64,000 nt of DNA from an uncultured virus (IMG/VR IMGVR_UViG_3300027687_000007) (lineage: Duplodnaviria; Heunggongvirae; Uroviricota; Caudoviricetes; Crassvirales). The stretch is taken from IMG/VR virus record IMGVR_UViG_3300027687_000007, one strand, 5' to 3'. Under the pieces are notes generated by a model. It was not told where the DNA came from, did no database searches, and saw only the letters and a program-made list of their open reading frames with translations. Below, one piece after another: positions 1 to 9,375 of this stretch. Each line of letters starts with the position of its first letter. The stretch's first letter is position 1. The translations under genes and the position numbers were made by a program.

Positions 1-657
1 CGTAACTATGGCTGGAAAACAGCTTTCGCATCACCTGAGAATGCTCCTACGTATTTACATGCTCACAAGCTAATGCGTAAAACATGGGAAGGTATGCCAA
101 CAGCTGCAGATATACACGGTGATAAGTGGAATCAAATAGCTGATCATTGTAATAGTAACTATTTTCATATTGACATGGAACGTTATACTCTTGAATCAGT
201 ACTTAGAAAAGGCGCTGAACTAGTTAAACGTAAAGGTATTAAATGTCTAGTCATAGATCCTTTTAATAAGGTTAGAGATGTAGACTGTAAGACTGAAGAC
301 GTTAACAGGTATACAATGGAGTATCTAACAAAGATTGAAGTCTTTGCTAAAAAGTTTGACGTGTTAGTATTTGTAGTAGCTCACCCAACTAAAATGTATA
401 AAGATAAAGATGGTAAAATGGAAGAACCTACAATGTACAACATTAAAGGCGGAGGTGAGTGGTATGATGCTTCTTATCATGGTATACTTGTACATCGTGA
501 TTATGAAGCTAAGACAGTTAAAGCAAAAGTTCTTAAAGTAAAATTTCAGAACTTAGGTGAAAATGGAGCTGAAGCTTATTTTAAATGGGAACCAAGATCT
601 GGTTGCTTTATACCTCATGAACCTGTATCTAACAATGAACCAATGCCGTGGGAGTAA
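1..657 (+). CDS. DnaB/Twinkle-like SF4 replicative helicase, C-terminal part (5' end outside window)
   Basis: Walker B-like CLVIDPFN, VVAHP motif, IKGGGEW and KVKFQNLG motifs typical of phage primase-helicases. Confidence 0.85.
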   Translation, partial: RNYGWKTAFASPENAPTYLHAHKLMRKTWEGMPTAADIHGDKWNQIADHCNSNYFHIDMERYTLESVLRKGAELVKRKGIKCLVIDPFNKVRDVDCKTEDVNRYTMEYLTKIEVFAKKFDVLVFVVAHPTKMYKDKDGKMEEPTMYNIKGGGEWYDASYHGILVHRDYEAKTVKAKVLKVKFQNLGENGAEAYFKWEPRSGCFIPHEPVSNNEPMPWE

Positions 658-890
658 AAAAGACGGTAGTAAGCTATACGTATACTCCTTCTGATTTCAA
701 AGCATATCAATGGTGTATAAACAATGGGATTTATATATCTCCGTTTTGCAAAGAAAACTTTGCTTGGTGGTATATAGATATAGAAATTAATAAAAAAATA
801 AATAGATCACCTCAGGCTTTTAACCCAAGAGAGTTATGGGAGACGATATTTAAATATTACAAATATTATTATGATAAACACAACATTTAA
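648..890 (+). CDS. hypothetical protein
   Basis: 80-aa ORF overlapping both neighbours in the operon. Confidence 0.6.
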   Translation: MGVKKTVVSYTYTPSDFKAYQWCINNGIYISPFCKENFAWWYIDIEINKKINRSPQAFNPRELWETIFKYYKYYYDKHNI

Positions 891-1515
891 AAATGCTAAT
901 GAAGCATACGAGTTTCTGCTAGATCAAGTCATACAACATGGCCAAGATTTTGACGATACTAAAGCTATGTTTAACTGTGGTTTCTATATGGAAAACCCTA
1001 CACAAAATCATATTACTAACAAAGAACGTAACTGGAGCTTAGAATACGCTGAAGCTGAATGGCAATGGTATTTATCAGGTGATCCTAGTATTGATAAGCT
1101 AGGCGAACTATATGGTAAGATACCACCTATATGGGAAAAGATGGCTGATTCAGATAGAAAAGTAAACTCTAACTATGGTTATCAATGGAAACGTAGTTGC
1201 CAAATAGACTATGTATGTGCTAAGTTAAAAACTAATCCTAAAACTAGACATGCAGCTATAAGCATATACGATGGTAAAGAATATGACAAATACAAGAAAG
1301 ATACACCATGTACATACGCAGTTCAGTTTACAATTATAAACGATAAGCTTTGTATGTCTGTCTATATGCGTTCTAACGACATCTGGTACGGTTTCTGCAA
1401 TGATCAATATCAATTTTCATCTTTGCAAAAAATGATTGCTAGACGTCTTAATTTAGAAATAGGTTGGTATTACCACCACGCACACAACATGCATTTGTAT
1501 AACAATAAACTTTAA
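871..1515 (+). CDS. thymidylate synthase-fold enzyme, probably dCMP hydroxymethylase/methylase (T4 gp42-like)
   Basis: EWQWYLSG, IWEKMAD...VNSNYG, catalytic PCT, MRSND, GFCND (Asp at the specificity position), HLY. Confidence 0.8.
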   Translation: MINTTFKNANEAYEFLLDQVIQHGQDFDDTKAMFNCGFYMENPTQNHITNKERNWSLEYAEAEWQWYLSGDPSIDKLGELYGKIPPIWEKMADSDRKVNSNYGYQWKRSCQIDYVCAKLKTNPKTRHAAISIYDGKEYDKYKKDTPCTYAVQFTIINDKLCMSVYMRSNDIWYGFCNDQYQFSSLQKMIARRLNLEIGWYYHHAHNMHLYNNKL

Positions 1516-1520
1516 AAAAT

Positions 1521-2324
1521 ATGTACTATTTATACCACATACCAGGTAAAAAGATTGGCGTAACACGTAATCTTAATCACAGAGTAACCCTTATACAAGG
1601 CTATAAGGAGAATGAGTATGAAGTTCTTGAACAGTCAGACGATATAGATTACATATCAGACCGTGAAATAGAACTTCAAAAGTCTTATGGCTATAAGGTT
1701 GATTTAAAAAAATATAAAAACTTATTTAATAAAATGAAAATAAACGCAACAGAACAAACATCAACATTCGACTGTCCAACAAACAAACTAAAAGGCAGGC
1801 TAATGGATAATATAGGCATGACATGGGAAACATCTCATGGTAAATTTGTAATATCAAATGACTATATACCTTGGATAATAGCAAATGTAAAAACATCTAT
1901 GTTTAATGAAGGTAGATCTTATATTTACAATAAAGCTTTTTATGAAGCATTTTTTAATCCTAAACATAATCCTGATACATCTGATGTTGATATGTTATTA
2001 ATGGCAGCTAACAACGAGGTAACAGATACTTCTGAAAGGTTTGATCTAATTAGAGATTGGGCAGCAACTAGAGGCTTATATGACTCAGGTAATTCACATA
2101 CACAATATGTTAAGTTACAAGAAGAAGCTGGAGAACTAGCTAAAGCTTTACTAACAGATGACAAACCAGAGATTGTAGACGCTATAGGAGATATGGTTGT
2201 TGTATTAACAAACCTAGCTCATTTACAAGGTTATTCAATAGAATATTGTATTGATGAAGCCTACAGTGTTATCGCAGCTAGAACAGGTAAAATGATTAAT
2301 GGAACGTTTGTAAAAGATAAATAA
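1521..2324 (+). CDS. MazG-like NTP pyrophosphohydrolase with N-terminal GIY-YIG-like domain
   Basis: C-terminal KLQEEAGELA...DAIGD...VLTNLA MazG signature; N-terminal YYLYHI..KKIGVT..R..E pattern. Confidence 0.8.
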   Translation: MYYLYHIPGKKIGVTRNLNHRVTLIQGYKENEYEVLEQSDDIDYISDREIELQKSYGYKVDLKKYKNLFNKMKINATEQTSTFDCPTNKLKGRLMDNIGMTWETSHGKFVISNDYIPWIIANVKTSMFNEGRSYIYNKAFYEAFFNPKHNPDTSDVDMLLMAANNEVTDTSERFDLIRDWAATRGLYDSGNSHTQYVKLQEEAGELAKALLTDDKPEIVDAIGDMVVVLTNLAHLQGYSIEYCIDEAYSVIAARTGKMINGTFVKDK

Positions 2325-2587
2325 TGAAAATAAAAACAGAAGATAAAATAGTTCAGCAAGTTCTAAGAAAGATGGACGAGCGTAGCTTAGTAGGTCAGAA
2401 AAAGTACGGAGCAACTATGATGCAAGAAATTGAAGGCCAAGAAAAAGACCTTGATCGTTTCTTAGTTGATGTACAAGAAGAGTTAATGGATGCTTTGTTA
2501 TATATAGAAGCAGCTAGACGTTGTTTAACTGACGAAGTTGAAGAGGTTATGTTAAAAAGAACAGAAGTTTATGAAGAAAACATTTAA
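2324..2587 (+). CDS. small all-alpha phage protein, possible nucleotide pyrophosphohydrolase
   Basis: RS..G.KKYG.T and QEELMDALLY motifs. Confidence 0.5.
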   Translation: MKIKTEDKIVQQVLRKMDERSLVGQKKYGATMMQEIEGQEKDLDRFLVDVQEELMDALLYIEAARRCLTDEVEEVMLKRTEVYEENI

Positions 2588-3023
2588 AAGAAAAAAAGGT
2601 CCTGTACAGTCGAAGAAGATATCATATGATGGTATCAACTTCGCCTCTGGGCTTGAGCGTTATATGTATATGGCTTTGAGAAAAGCTAAGATAACGTCTT
2701 TATATGAAGGTCAAACTTTTGAGTTGTCAGAAGCTTTTGAATTTCCTTTTGAATCATACGAAAGATGTGGTAACGGTAAAGGAGAATACAAAAACAGAGG
2801 CAATAAAAAAATACTTAATATAAAATATACACCAGACTTTGTAGGTAAGGGTTTTATAATTGAAACTAAAGGTAGAGCTAATGAATCATTTCCTCTTAGA
2901 TGGAAGTTGTTTAAAAAGCTTATAACAGAAAGACGATTAGGACCACTTACATTATATAAACCACAAAATCATAAAGAATGCGACGAGACAGTAAGGTTAA
3001 TCCTGGCCAAGCTAAAAGAGTAG
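2571..3023 (+). CDS. PD-(D/E)xK endonuclease, T7 endonuclease I / Holliday junction resolvase-like
   Basis: FASGLE, YTPDF, IIETKG motifs. Confidence 0.8.
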   Translation: MKKTFKRKKGPVQSKKISYDGINFASGLERYMYMALRKAKITSLYEGQTFELSEAFEFPFESYERCGNGKGEYKNRGNKKILNIKYTPDFVGKGFIIETKGRANESFPLRWKLFKKLITERRLGPLTLYKPQNHKECDETVRLILAKLKE

Positions 3024-3160
3024 CTAGGCAGATGTACGGTGAGCGTCAAATTGATAAATGGTGCAAGTGGAGTTGGGATATACGAGGTAAAATTAAATAT
3101 AAAGAATTAGTAGAACAGCAAAATAAATATAAAATAAAAATATATGGAGGAGAAAACTAA
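2978..3160 (+). CDS. hypothetical protein
   Basis: short ORF filling an operon gap; start uncertain. Confidence 0.4.
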   Translation: MRRDSKVNPGQAKRVARQMYGERQIDKWCKWSWDIRGKIKYKELVEQQNKYKIKIYGGEN

Positions 3161-3290
3161 AAACTGGAGCCTTAGCGTAGGTACTTATCCAGGTATATTA
3201 CTAGGTGCTAGAACCTATGATGAATTAGAACAAGTGACGCATGTTTTTTACCTGCCTTTTATTGATATAGCATTAGAAATTTATAAGTAA
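3144..3290 (+). CDS. hypothetical 48-aa protein (not in ORF track)
   Basis: MEEKTKNWSLSVGTYPGILLGAR...YLPFIDIALEIYK; stop overlaps nrdB start (TAATG). Confidence 0.6.
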   Translation: MEEKTKNWSLSVGTYPGILLGARTYDELEQVTHVFYLPFIDIALEIYK

Positions 3291-4258
3291 TGGGATTATT
3301 TGATGAGCGCATAGCGTACAAACCGTTTGAGTACCCTGAATACTACACAGAAGGTTGGTTAAAACAAGCACAGGCATTTTGGTTGCACACAGAAATATCA
3401 ATGCAAAGTGATATTAAAAACTGGAATGAAGAGTTAAATGAAAAAGAAAAAAACTTAGTAGGTAATATATTACTAGGTTTTGCACAAACAGAGTGCGCAG
3501 TAAGTGATTACTGGACACAAAAAGTTGTTGGCTGGTTTCCTAAACATGAGATACAGCAAATGGCCATGATGTTTGGATCACAAGAAACAATACACGCTGT
3601 AGCGTACAGCTATTTAAACGAAACTTTAAAACTAGAAGATTATGAAGCTTTTTTACATGAACCCGCTACTGCTCAGCGGTTTGATAATTTGGTTGCTTAC
3701 AATGGTAAGTCTACTATTGGCATTGCGAAGTCTTTGGCGGTATTTAGCGCGTTCGCAGAAGGTGTTAGTTTATATTCTGCTTTCGCTGTACTTTATTCTT
3801 TTCAGTTACGTAATTTACTTAAAGGTATAGGGCAACAAATGAAATGGTCAGTAAGAGATGAGTCTCTTCACAGTAAAATGGGTTGTCAATTATTTAGACA
3901 CATGTGTGAAGAAGATAAAACTCTATTGTCTCAATGTAGAGAAGATATAATCAAAGCAGCTGAAACAATGGTTGAACTTGAAGAAAAGTATATTGACAAA
4001 ATGTTTGAGATGGGTGATATTGAAGGTATCAAAGCTAATGATTTAAAGCAATTTATAAAAAAGAGAACTAATGAAAAACTTGTGGAACTCGGTTATGTTG
4101 ACCTGGGATCGTATTTTGCGTATGACACTAAAGCAGCAGCTAATCTTGATTGGTTCTATCATCTTACCGGCGGGGTCACTCATACTGATTTTTTCGCAAC
4201 TAGACCGACTGATTATTCGAAAGCAGGCGAAGGAGAAGACTTTGAAGACATATGGTAA
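3290..4258 (+). CDS. nrdB: class I ribonucleotide reductase beta subunit
   Basis: QAFW, ETIHAVAY, FAEG, RDESLH di-metal ligands, C-terminal TDFFA. Confidence 0.95.
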   Translation: MGLFDERIAYKPFEYPEYYTEGWLKQAQAFWLHTEISMQSDIKNWNEELNEKEKNLVGNILLGFAQTECAVSDYWTQKVVGWFPKHEIQQMAMMFGSQETIHAVAYSYLNETLKLEDYEAFLHEPATAQRFDNLVAYNGKSTIGIAKSLAVFSAFAEGVSLYSAFAVLYSFQLRNLLKGIGQQMKWSVRDESLHSKMGCQLFRHMCEEDKTLLSQCREDIIKAAETMVELEEKYIDKMFEMGDIEGIKANDLKQFIKKRTNEKLVELGYVDLGSYFAYDTKAAANLDWFYHLTGGVTHTDFFATRPTDYSKAGEGEDFEDIW

Positions 4259-4509
4259 CAAAGAATAAATTACTTAAGCTATTAGCTTATACGAATAAAT
4301 TAACATCGTATCAAAAGTTTGCATCGCGTATTGGTTACTTCGGTGCAGGTTTTTTGATAGCAGGACAATGGACGTTAGAGCCTAAATTATTTATAATAGG
4401 TTTTATGTGTGTAATAGTTCAAACGTCCTCAAGAAAACAATGGAATCTTGTAGCTTTAAATCTTAACGGTTTAGTTGCTTGGTTAACACATTTAACAAAA
4501 ATAATATAA
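4252..4509 (+). CDS. small membrane protein
   Basis: about three hydrophobic segments. Confidence 0.6.
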   Translation: MVTKNKLLKLLAYTNKLTSYQKFASRIGYFGAGFLIAGQWTLEPKLFIIGFMCVIVQTSSRKQWNLVALNLNGLVAWLTHLTKII

Positions 4510-4513
4510 AAAT

Positions 4514-4924
4514 ATGAAAAAACTAATAATCATTGCATTAACATTAATGTTTGCATCTTGTAGTAGCACGTATGATATTTCAACAGACTATAGGATTAAG
4601 AGTATATTAACAATAACAGAGGCTGGAGATACTCTTGCTGTACCAGTTAGAGATTTTAAGTTTAGAATACTTGATAGAAGAATACAAGAGATAATAGATC
4701 GTGATCCGTTTAGATATCAATATAGAAGAAACTGGCAAAACTGGAACTATAACTCGTATCCTATACCAAGTTACAATCAAGGATACAACTACAATAGACC
4801 TAAACCTAATGTAAAACCAAACATTAAACCGTTTAATCCACCAGCAATTATTAAACCATTAAACATACCAAGCATTAAACCTATTGTGAAACCAACTCAA
4901 AACAAAAAAAATGAAAGGAAATAA
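4514..4924 (+). CDS. putative lipoprotein
   Basis: MKK, hydrophobic stretch, FASC lipobox; Pro/Lys-rich C-terminus. Confidence 0.65.
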   Translation: MKKLIIIALTLMFASCSSTYDISTDYRIKSILTITEAGDTLAVPVRDFKFRILDRRIQEIIDRDPFRYQYRRNWQNWNYNSYPIPSYNQGYNYNRPKPNVKPNIKPFNPPAIIKPLNIPSIKPIVKPTQNKKNERK

Positions 4925-5156
4925 GCAAAGTACTACAGATTTATTAAAGAAAAAAGTTAAAGCACTAACAAATGTTGTACAGCAATTAATTAAAGAAGTT
5001 CAAATGAATGCTAGTTTAGCTCAAGGAGTTTTAACAGCTTTTCAATTACATATTGGAGAAGAAGAATGGGATAAAATTGTAAGCGAGTTAAAAAAAGTAG
5101 AAGAAAGAAAACACGCAGCTGCTGCTGGTATAAACGAAAAAAAACTAGAACTATAA
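4911..5156 (+). CDS. hypothetical protein
   Basis: 81-aa helical ORF abutting nrdA. Confidence 0.6.
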   Translation: MKGNKQSTTDLLKKKVKALTNVVQQLIKEVQMNASLAQGVLTAFQLHIGEEEWDKIVSELKKVEERKHAAAAGINEKKLEL

Positions 5157-6875
5157 ATGTGGAATAATGAATGGAAAAAAGGTGAAGACTATCCAAAATG
5201 GGGAGACACAGAGGTATACAAAAAAACTATCTCTGGGGGATATTTATTTAACGGCGAGTCTCCTAAGGAAGCATATCAAAGAGTCGCCAAAACAGTTGCA
5301 AGAAGGTTATATAAACCTGAAATGGCAGAAACTTTTTTTGAGTATATTTGGAACGGCTGGCTTTGTCTCGCTAGCCCTGTACTTTCCAATACTGGTACCG
5401 ATCGCGGTCTTCCTATTAGTTGTTTTGGCATTGATGTAGCTGATAGCATACAAGATATAGGAGGTAAAAATTTAGAGATGATGCTACTCGCTAAGCACGG
5501 CGGTGGAGTTGGTATCGGTATAAATCAAATAAGACCCGCTGGCGCTAGAATAACAGGAAATGGAACATCAGATGGAGTCGTCCCTTTTTGCAAAATATAC
5601 GATTCAACAATTCTTGCCACTAATCAAGGATCAGTTAGACGAGGAGCTGCTTCAGTTAATATTAACATTGAGCACGACGATTTCGAAGAGTGGCTTGAAA
5701 TCAGAGAACCTAAAGGAGATGTTAACAGACAGTCGCTTAACCTACATCAGTGCGCAGTTGTTGGTGATAAATTTATGCGTAGGCTTGAACAAGGAGATCC
5801 AAAAGCTAGAAATAGATGGAGTAAATTACTTAGAAAGCGAAAAGCAACTGGAGAGCCGTATATTATGTTTAAAGGCAACGTTAACAAGAAGAATCCTAAA
5901 GCTTATAAAGAAAATGGATTAAAGGTACATATGACTAACATATGCAGCGAAATAACATTACATACTGATGAAAACCATAGTTTTGTTTGTTGTTTATCAT
6001 CGTTAAATTTAGCAAAATATGAAGAATGGAAAGGTACTAATCTTATTTACGACAGTATATGGTTCCTTGATGGAGTCATGGAAGAGTTTATACAAAGAGC
6101 TAAAGGCTTACGAGGATTTGAAAACGCGGTTAGGTCGGCTACGAAAGGAAGAGCTCTTGGCTTGGGAGTTTTGGGCTGGCACACATACCTACAGGAAAAA
6201 GGTATCTCGTTCGAAGGTCTACTTGCTCAGTTTGAAACTAGGAAAATATTTAGTCAAATTAAAATTGAAAGCGAAAGGGCTAGTATGGCACTTGCAGAAA
6301 CTTATGGAGAACCTTTATGGTGTTCTGGAACTGGCATGCGTAATACTCATCTTCGCGCTGTTGCTCCCACTGTTAGCAATAGTAAGCTCAGTGGCAATGT
6401 CTCGGCGGGCATAGAACCTTGGGCAGCAAATGTATTTACAGAGCAATCCGCTAAAGGTACTTTTATACGTAAAAATCCTACATTAGTAAAATTATTAAGA
6501 AAGCACAAACTAAATAATGAAGAAATATGGAATAAAATCTTGGTTGACGGTGGTAGCGTCCAAGACATTGATGAGCTTAATGATGTTATTATGGCCCATG
6601 AAACACCCGCAAAGGAGGTATTTAAAACTTTTAAGGAGATTAATCAGCTAGAGTTAGTTAATCAAGCTGGATTAAGACAACAATATGTAGATCAGTCAGT
6701 AAGTTTAAATTTAGCTTTCCCTAGTGTTGCTACACCAAAATGGCTTAATAAAGTGCATTTTGAAGCTTGGAAAAAAGGAGTTAAGACTTTATACTATACA
6801 AGAACAGAAAGCGTCTTACGGGGCGATATTGCAGCCACAGCAATGAATGAAGATTGCTTGGCGTGTGATGGTTAA
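5157..6875 (+). CDS. nrdA: class I ribonucleotide reductase alpha subunit (no evident ATP cone)
   Basis: ISCF, QGSVRRGA, TNICSEI, VCCLSS, APT, KTLYY, C-terminal CLAC. Confidence 0.95.
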   Translation: MWNNEWKKGEDYPKWGDTEVYKKTISGGYLFNGESPKEAYQRVAKTVARRLYKPEMAETFFEYIWNGWLCLASPVLSNTGTDRGLPISCFGIDVADSIQDIGGKNLEMMLLAKHGGGVGIGINQIRPAGARITGNGTSDGVVPFCKIYDSTILATNQGSVRRGAASVNINIEHDDFEEWLEIREPKGDVNRQSLNLHQCAVVGDKFMRRLEQGDPKARNRWSKLLRKRKATGEPYIMFKGNVNKKNPKAYKENGLKVHMTNICSEITLHTDENHSFVCCLSSLNLAKYEEWKGTNLIYDSIWFLDGVMEEFIQRAKGLRGFENAVRSATKGRALGLGVLGWHTYLQEKGISFEGLLAQFETRKIFSQIKIESERASMALAETYGEPLWCSGTGMRNTHLRAVAPTVSNSKLSGNVSAGIEPWAANVFTEQSAKGTFIRKNPTLVKLLRKHKLNNEEIWNKILVDGGSVQDIDELNDVIMAHETPAKEVFKTFKEINQLELVNQAGLRQQYVDQSVSLNLAFPSVATPKWLNKVHFEAWKKGVKTLYYTRTESVLRGDIAATAMNEDCLACDG

Positions 6876-6878
6876 AAT

Positions 6879-6911
6879 CAAAAAAGGGCTCTCGTTATGA
6901 GGGCCCTTTTT
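6879..6911. terminator. bidirectional intrinsic terminator between convergent blocks
   Basis: AAAAAAGGGCTCTC-gttat-GAGGGCCCTTTTT. Confidence 0.85.
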
Positions 6912-6956
6912 CGGTTACAGGAACTTTAGGTATGGTACGCCTATTTATCTTGTTCC

Positions 6957-7544
6957 TTATTTTTTAGGATTATAAAACTTTCTACCAACTGCTGGTCTTA
7001 ATGTATCTCTAACTGTTTCTCTACCATCAATACTAATATTTGAGTTTGGTCCGCTTTGAATAGCTTCGTCATCACCTAATGAAACCATAAACTGACCGTC
7101 TTCGTCTTCTTGAATTTCGCTAATATCTTGTACATCATACGTGTTTGGAAAAGGCCCAACCTTTCCAAAATTAGTGCTTTTGTAAATACTTTCATCGTTA
7201 ACGGTTTCGTCTATTAAATCTCCAGTTTTAGCATCTTCGTATGCGCCTCTGTTTCCTAATTGTCTTTGATCTAAAGGAGATTCTTTTTCTGAATATATTT
7301 GGCTTTTAAAATCAGGATGCTTAGGGTTTCTCATGTTTGTTAATACTCCATCTTCTGGATCAACAGATACATCAAATTCTTTACTATAAAATCCTTTATC
7401 GTTTTTCATAGCTACTCCATGTAAGCTGTCTCTTTGTCTTTCGGTTAATTCGTCTGATTTAGGGTTGTATACAAATCTTTCTATTGCTTTTTTTTGTGCT
7501 AAAGGAGATTTATCGCTAAATTTTTGTTTAAATGGTGAATTCAT
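6957..7544 (-). CDS. SP-motif family protein (putative internal virion protein), paralogue of 40238..40792
   Basis: MNSPFKQKFSDKSPLAQ N-terminus; shared C-terminal domain (GQFMVSL...SGP...RDTLRP...RKF.NPK). Confidence 0.7.
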   Translation of the reverse strand: MNSPFKQKFSDKSPLAQKKAIERFVYNPKSDELTERQRDSLHGVAMKNDKGFYSKEFDVSVDPEDGVLTNMRNPKHPDFKSQIYSEKESPLDQRQLGNRGAYEDAKTGDLIDETVNDESIYKSTNFGKVGPFPNTYDVQDISEIQEDEDGQFMVSLGDDEAIQSGPNSNISIDGRETVRDTLRPAVGRKFYNPKK

Positions 7545-7588
7545 TTTGTTTTTTTTAGTTGTTATAATTTTTTATTTATATTTTGTTC

Positions 7589-7948
7589 TTAACATTTCCA
7601 TCGTGCTCTAGCAGCTTTACCTCTTTCGCCTGTCCAACCTTTAGATCTAGCACAAAATGACTTTCTTCTACCTGCTGCTTTACTACCAGGTTTTACATCT
7701 CCTGTTACTGCAGTTTGTAATTTACTACCTGGATTCTCTTTTTTATAATCTTTTACACCTTTCTCAGTCATACCAGCACCTTCTTCTTCTGTTCTAAAAG
7801 TTCTGCCTTCTCCTTTGGTAGTTTTTCTCATTTTAGCTGGGCTTTCCATGTCTTCAATATGCTTTTGAATCTTTTCAGATTGCTTTAAGTGCATTTTAGA
7901 AGCCCCTTGTAGTTCTTTAACTATTTTTGCTAATCCTCCTTTTTCCAT
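7589..7948 (-). CDS. small basic phage protein with RRKSFCAR module
   Basis: NPGSKLQTAVT...RRKSFCARSKG...RWKC. Confidence 0.7.
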   Translation of the reverse strand: MEKGGLAKIVKELQGASKMHLKQSEKIQKHIEDMESPAKMRKTTKGEGRTFRTEEEGAGMTEKGVKDYKKENPGSKLQTAVTGDVKPGSKAAGRRKSFCARSKGWTGERGKAARARWKC

Positions 7949-7958
7949 TGTTTTTTAT

Positions 7959-8384
7959 TTATATATTGCAATATTCTTTATAAGCATCAAAGCACGGACA
8001 AGATTTTGCTGCAAACTCATTATGGCCATGTATTGTAGCATCTGTATGCATTTTTTTTAATGTTTTTAACAACAGTAGCAAGCTTTCTTTTTGTTCTGAT
8101 GTTCTAGTATCTTTAGCTATCCATTTACCATTAGAACCACGTTCTGATTCAACGCCCCCAATATAACAAATTCCTATAGAACCTTTATTGTGGTTTTTAA
8201 CATGAGCTCCTTGCTTATATATGCTACGACCGTATTCTATAGTACCATCCAATAAAACTACATAGTGATAACCTATACCGTTCCAGCCTCTTTTTAAATG
8301 CCACCGATTTATTTCTGCAGCATCTAAATCTCTACCTTCTTGTGTAGCGGAACAATGAACTATTATTTTATTTATTTTTCGCAT
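7959..8384 (-). CDS. endolysin, N-acetylmuramoyl-L-alanine amidase (T7 lysozyme-like)
   Basis: IIVHCSAT, IGYHY, GAHV, SIGICYIGG, GHNE, KSCPCF. Confidence 0.95.
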   Translation of the reverse strand: MRKINKIIVHCSATQEGRDLDAAEINRWHLKRGWNGIGYHYVVLLDGTIEYGRSIYKQGAHVKNHNKGSIGICYIGGVESERGSNGKWIAKDTRTSEQKESLLLLLKTLKKMHTDATIHGHNEFAAKSCPCFDAYKEYCNI

Positions 8385-8532
8385 TTTCTTTTTTAAGATT
8401 CACCCATTTTGTTATGGTATATCCTATAGTTACAGCTAATAAAAATATTTTTAAACCCATCTCTAAAGTAGTAAAAGTTGTAACTCCTAAAGTAGAGGCA
8501 TTTATAACGTATAATTTTAATTGCTCTGTCAT
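8368..8532 (-). CDS. putative holin, 54 aa (not in ORF track)
   Basis: MTEQLKLYVINASTLGVTTFTTLEMGLKIFLLAVTIGYTITKWVNLKKENAKNK: hydrophobic core, basic tail, overlaps endolysin start. Confidence 0.65.
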   Translation of the reverse strand: MTEQLKLYVINASTLGVTTFTTLEMGLKIFLLAVTIGYTITKWVNLKKENAKNK

Positions 8533-8672
8533 TATTTTTTACATTTACATAATTTGTATGGACACGATTCCACATCAAACATTAATTTTGATACTAACAT
8601 ATTCCAATAGCATTGAAATAAACACCACCAAGCTTGTATCTTTAATCCTAATTTTACTAAAAATTTTCCCAT
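8532..8672 (-). CDS. small Cys-rich protein, 46 aa (not in ORF track)
   Basis: MGKFLVKLGLKIQAWWCLFQCYWN...CPYKLCKCKK; TAATG coupling to the next gene. Confidence 0.6.
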   Translation of the reverse strand: MGKFLVKLGLKIQAWWCLFQCYWNMLVSKLMFDVESCPYKLCKCKK

Positions 8673-8691
8673 AATTATTTTTTTTGTTTTA

Positions 8692-9375
8692 TTATTCTTT
8701 TACGCAATCATTAACAGTTTCTCCAGTTCCGCTGGGTGATTTTTTAGTACCTACTTTTTTATAGCCATCCCAACATTTTGAGTTTTTAGAATTAGCTCCT
8801 TTAAAATTTAATGGACTTTTGTTTACACCCCTGATTGAGTCTGTGCTTTTCACTCGCTGCAAATTAGCTTTATCGTAAGCGCTCATTTTCATTTTAGAAT
8901 CACCACTTAAAGAGTCTATCAAAGCATTATTTCTTCTAATTGTTGAGTTAGCTAACATAGCTTTTTTCTGAGCTTCACTATTAACTCTACTTATAACATC
9001 TCTTTGTGATTCTCCATCACTATTGCTAGCGCTTGGATGATCGTCTACCTCTGTACCTTCCGCGGCTACTTGATTAGCTGGTGAACCACCACCAAGTATA
9101 TCGTATTTCATCTTGTAAGGTGAGCCACATTTCAACTTATCTAAAGGACTTCCATCGTCAGGTGTTGAAACTATTTTTTTACCTTTTTCAGATATAACAT
9201 CACCTTTTACGTAATAACCGTTTTCTCTTCTTCTAGATTCCTCGTCCATGATATCATCTAACTTAGGTATGTTAAGATTTTTTGTACCAACCAAGCTATC
9301 AACAAATTTCTTTGCTTCACGTCCTTCGGATCTAGCGAAGTCTTGGTATTTTTCCATTGCGGTTTCTTTACTCAT
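8692..9375 (-). CDS. SP-motif family modular protein with C-terminal CWDGY module
   Basis: likely start MSKETAM; SPLDK, SPYKM, SPANQ, SPLNF; KCWDGYKKVGTKK...VNDCVKE. Confidence 0.7.
   Translation of the reverse strand: MSKETAMEKYQDFARSEGREAKKFVDSLVGTKNLNIPKLDDIMDEESRRRENGYYVKGDVISEKGKKIVSTPDDGSPLDKLKCGSPYKMKYDILGGGSPANQVAAEGTEVDDHPSASNSDGESQRDVISRVNSEAQKKAMLANSTIRRNNALIDSLSGDSKMKMSAYDKANLQRVKSTDSIRGVNKSPLNFKGANSKNSKCWDGYKKVGTKKSPSGTGETVNDCVKE

Noticed and set aside
5167..6414. Alternative-frame ORFs within nrdA suggesting an intron or overlapping gene
   Set aside because: nrdA is continuous with all catalytic motifs
8393..8674. Track ORFs 8393..8578 (-) and 8414..8674 (+)
   Set aside because: Better explained by two coupled short minus-strand genes, 8368..8532 and 8532..8672
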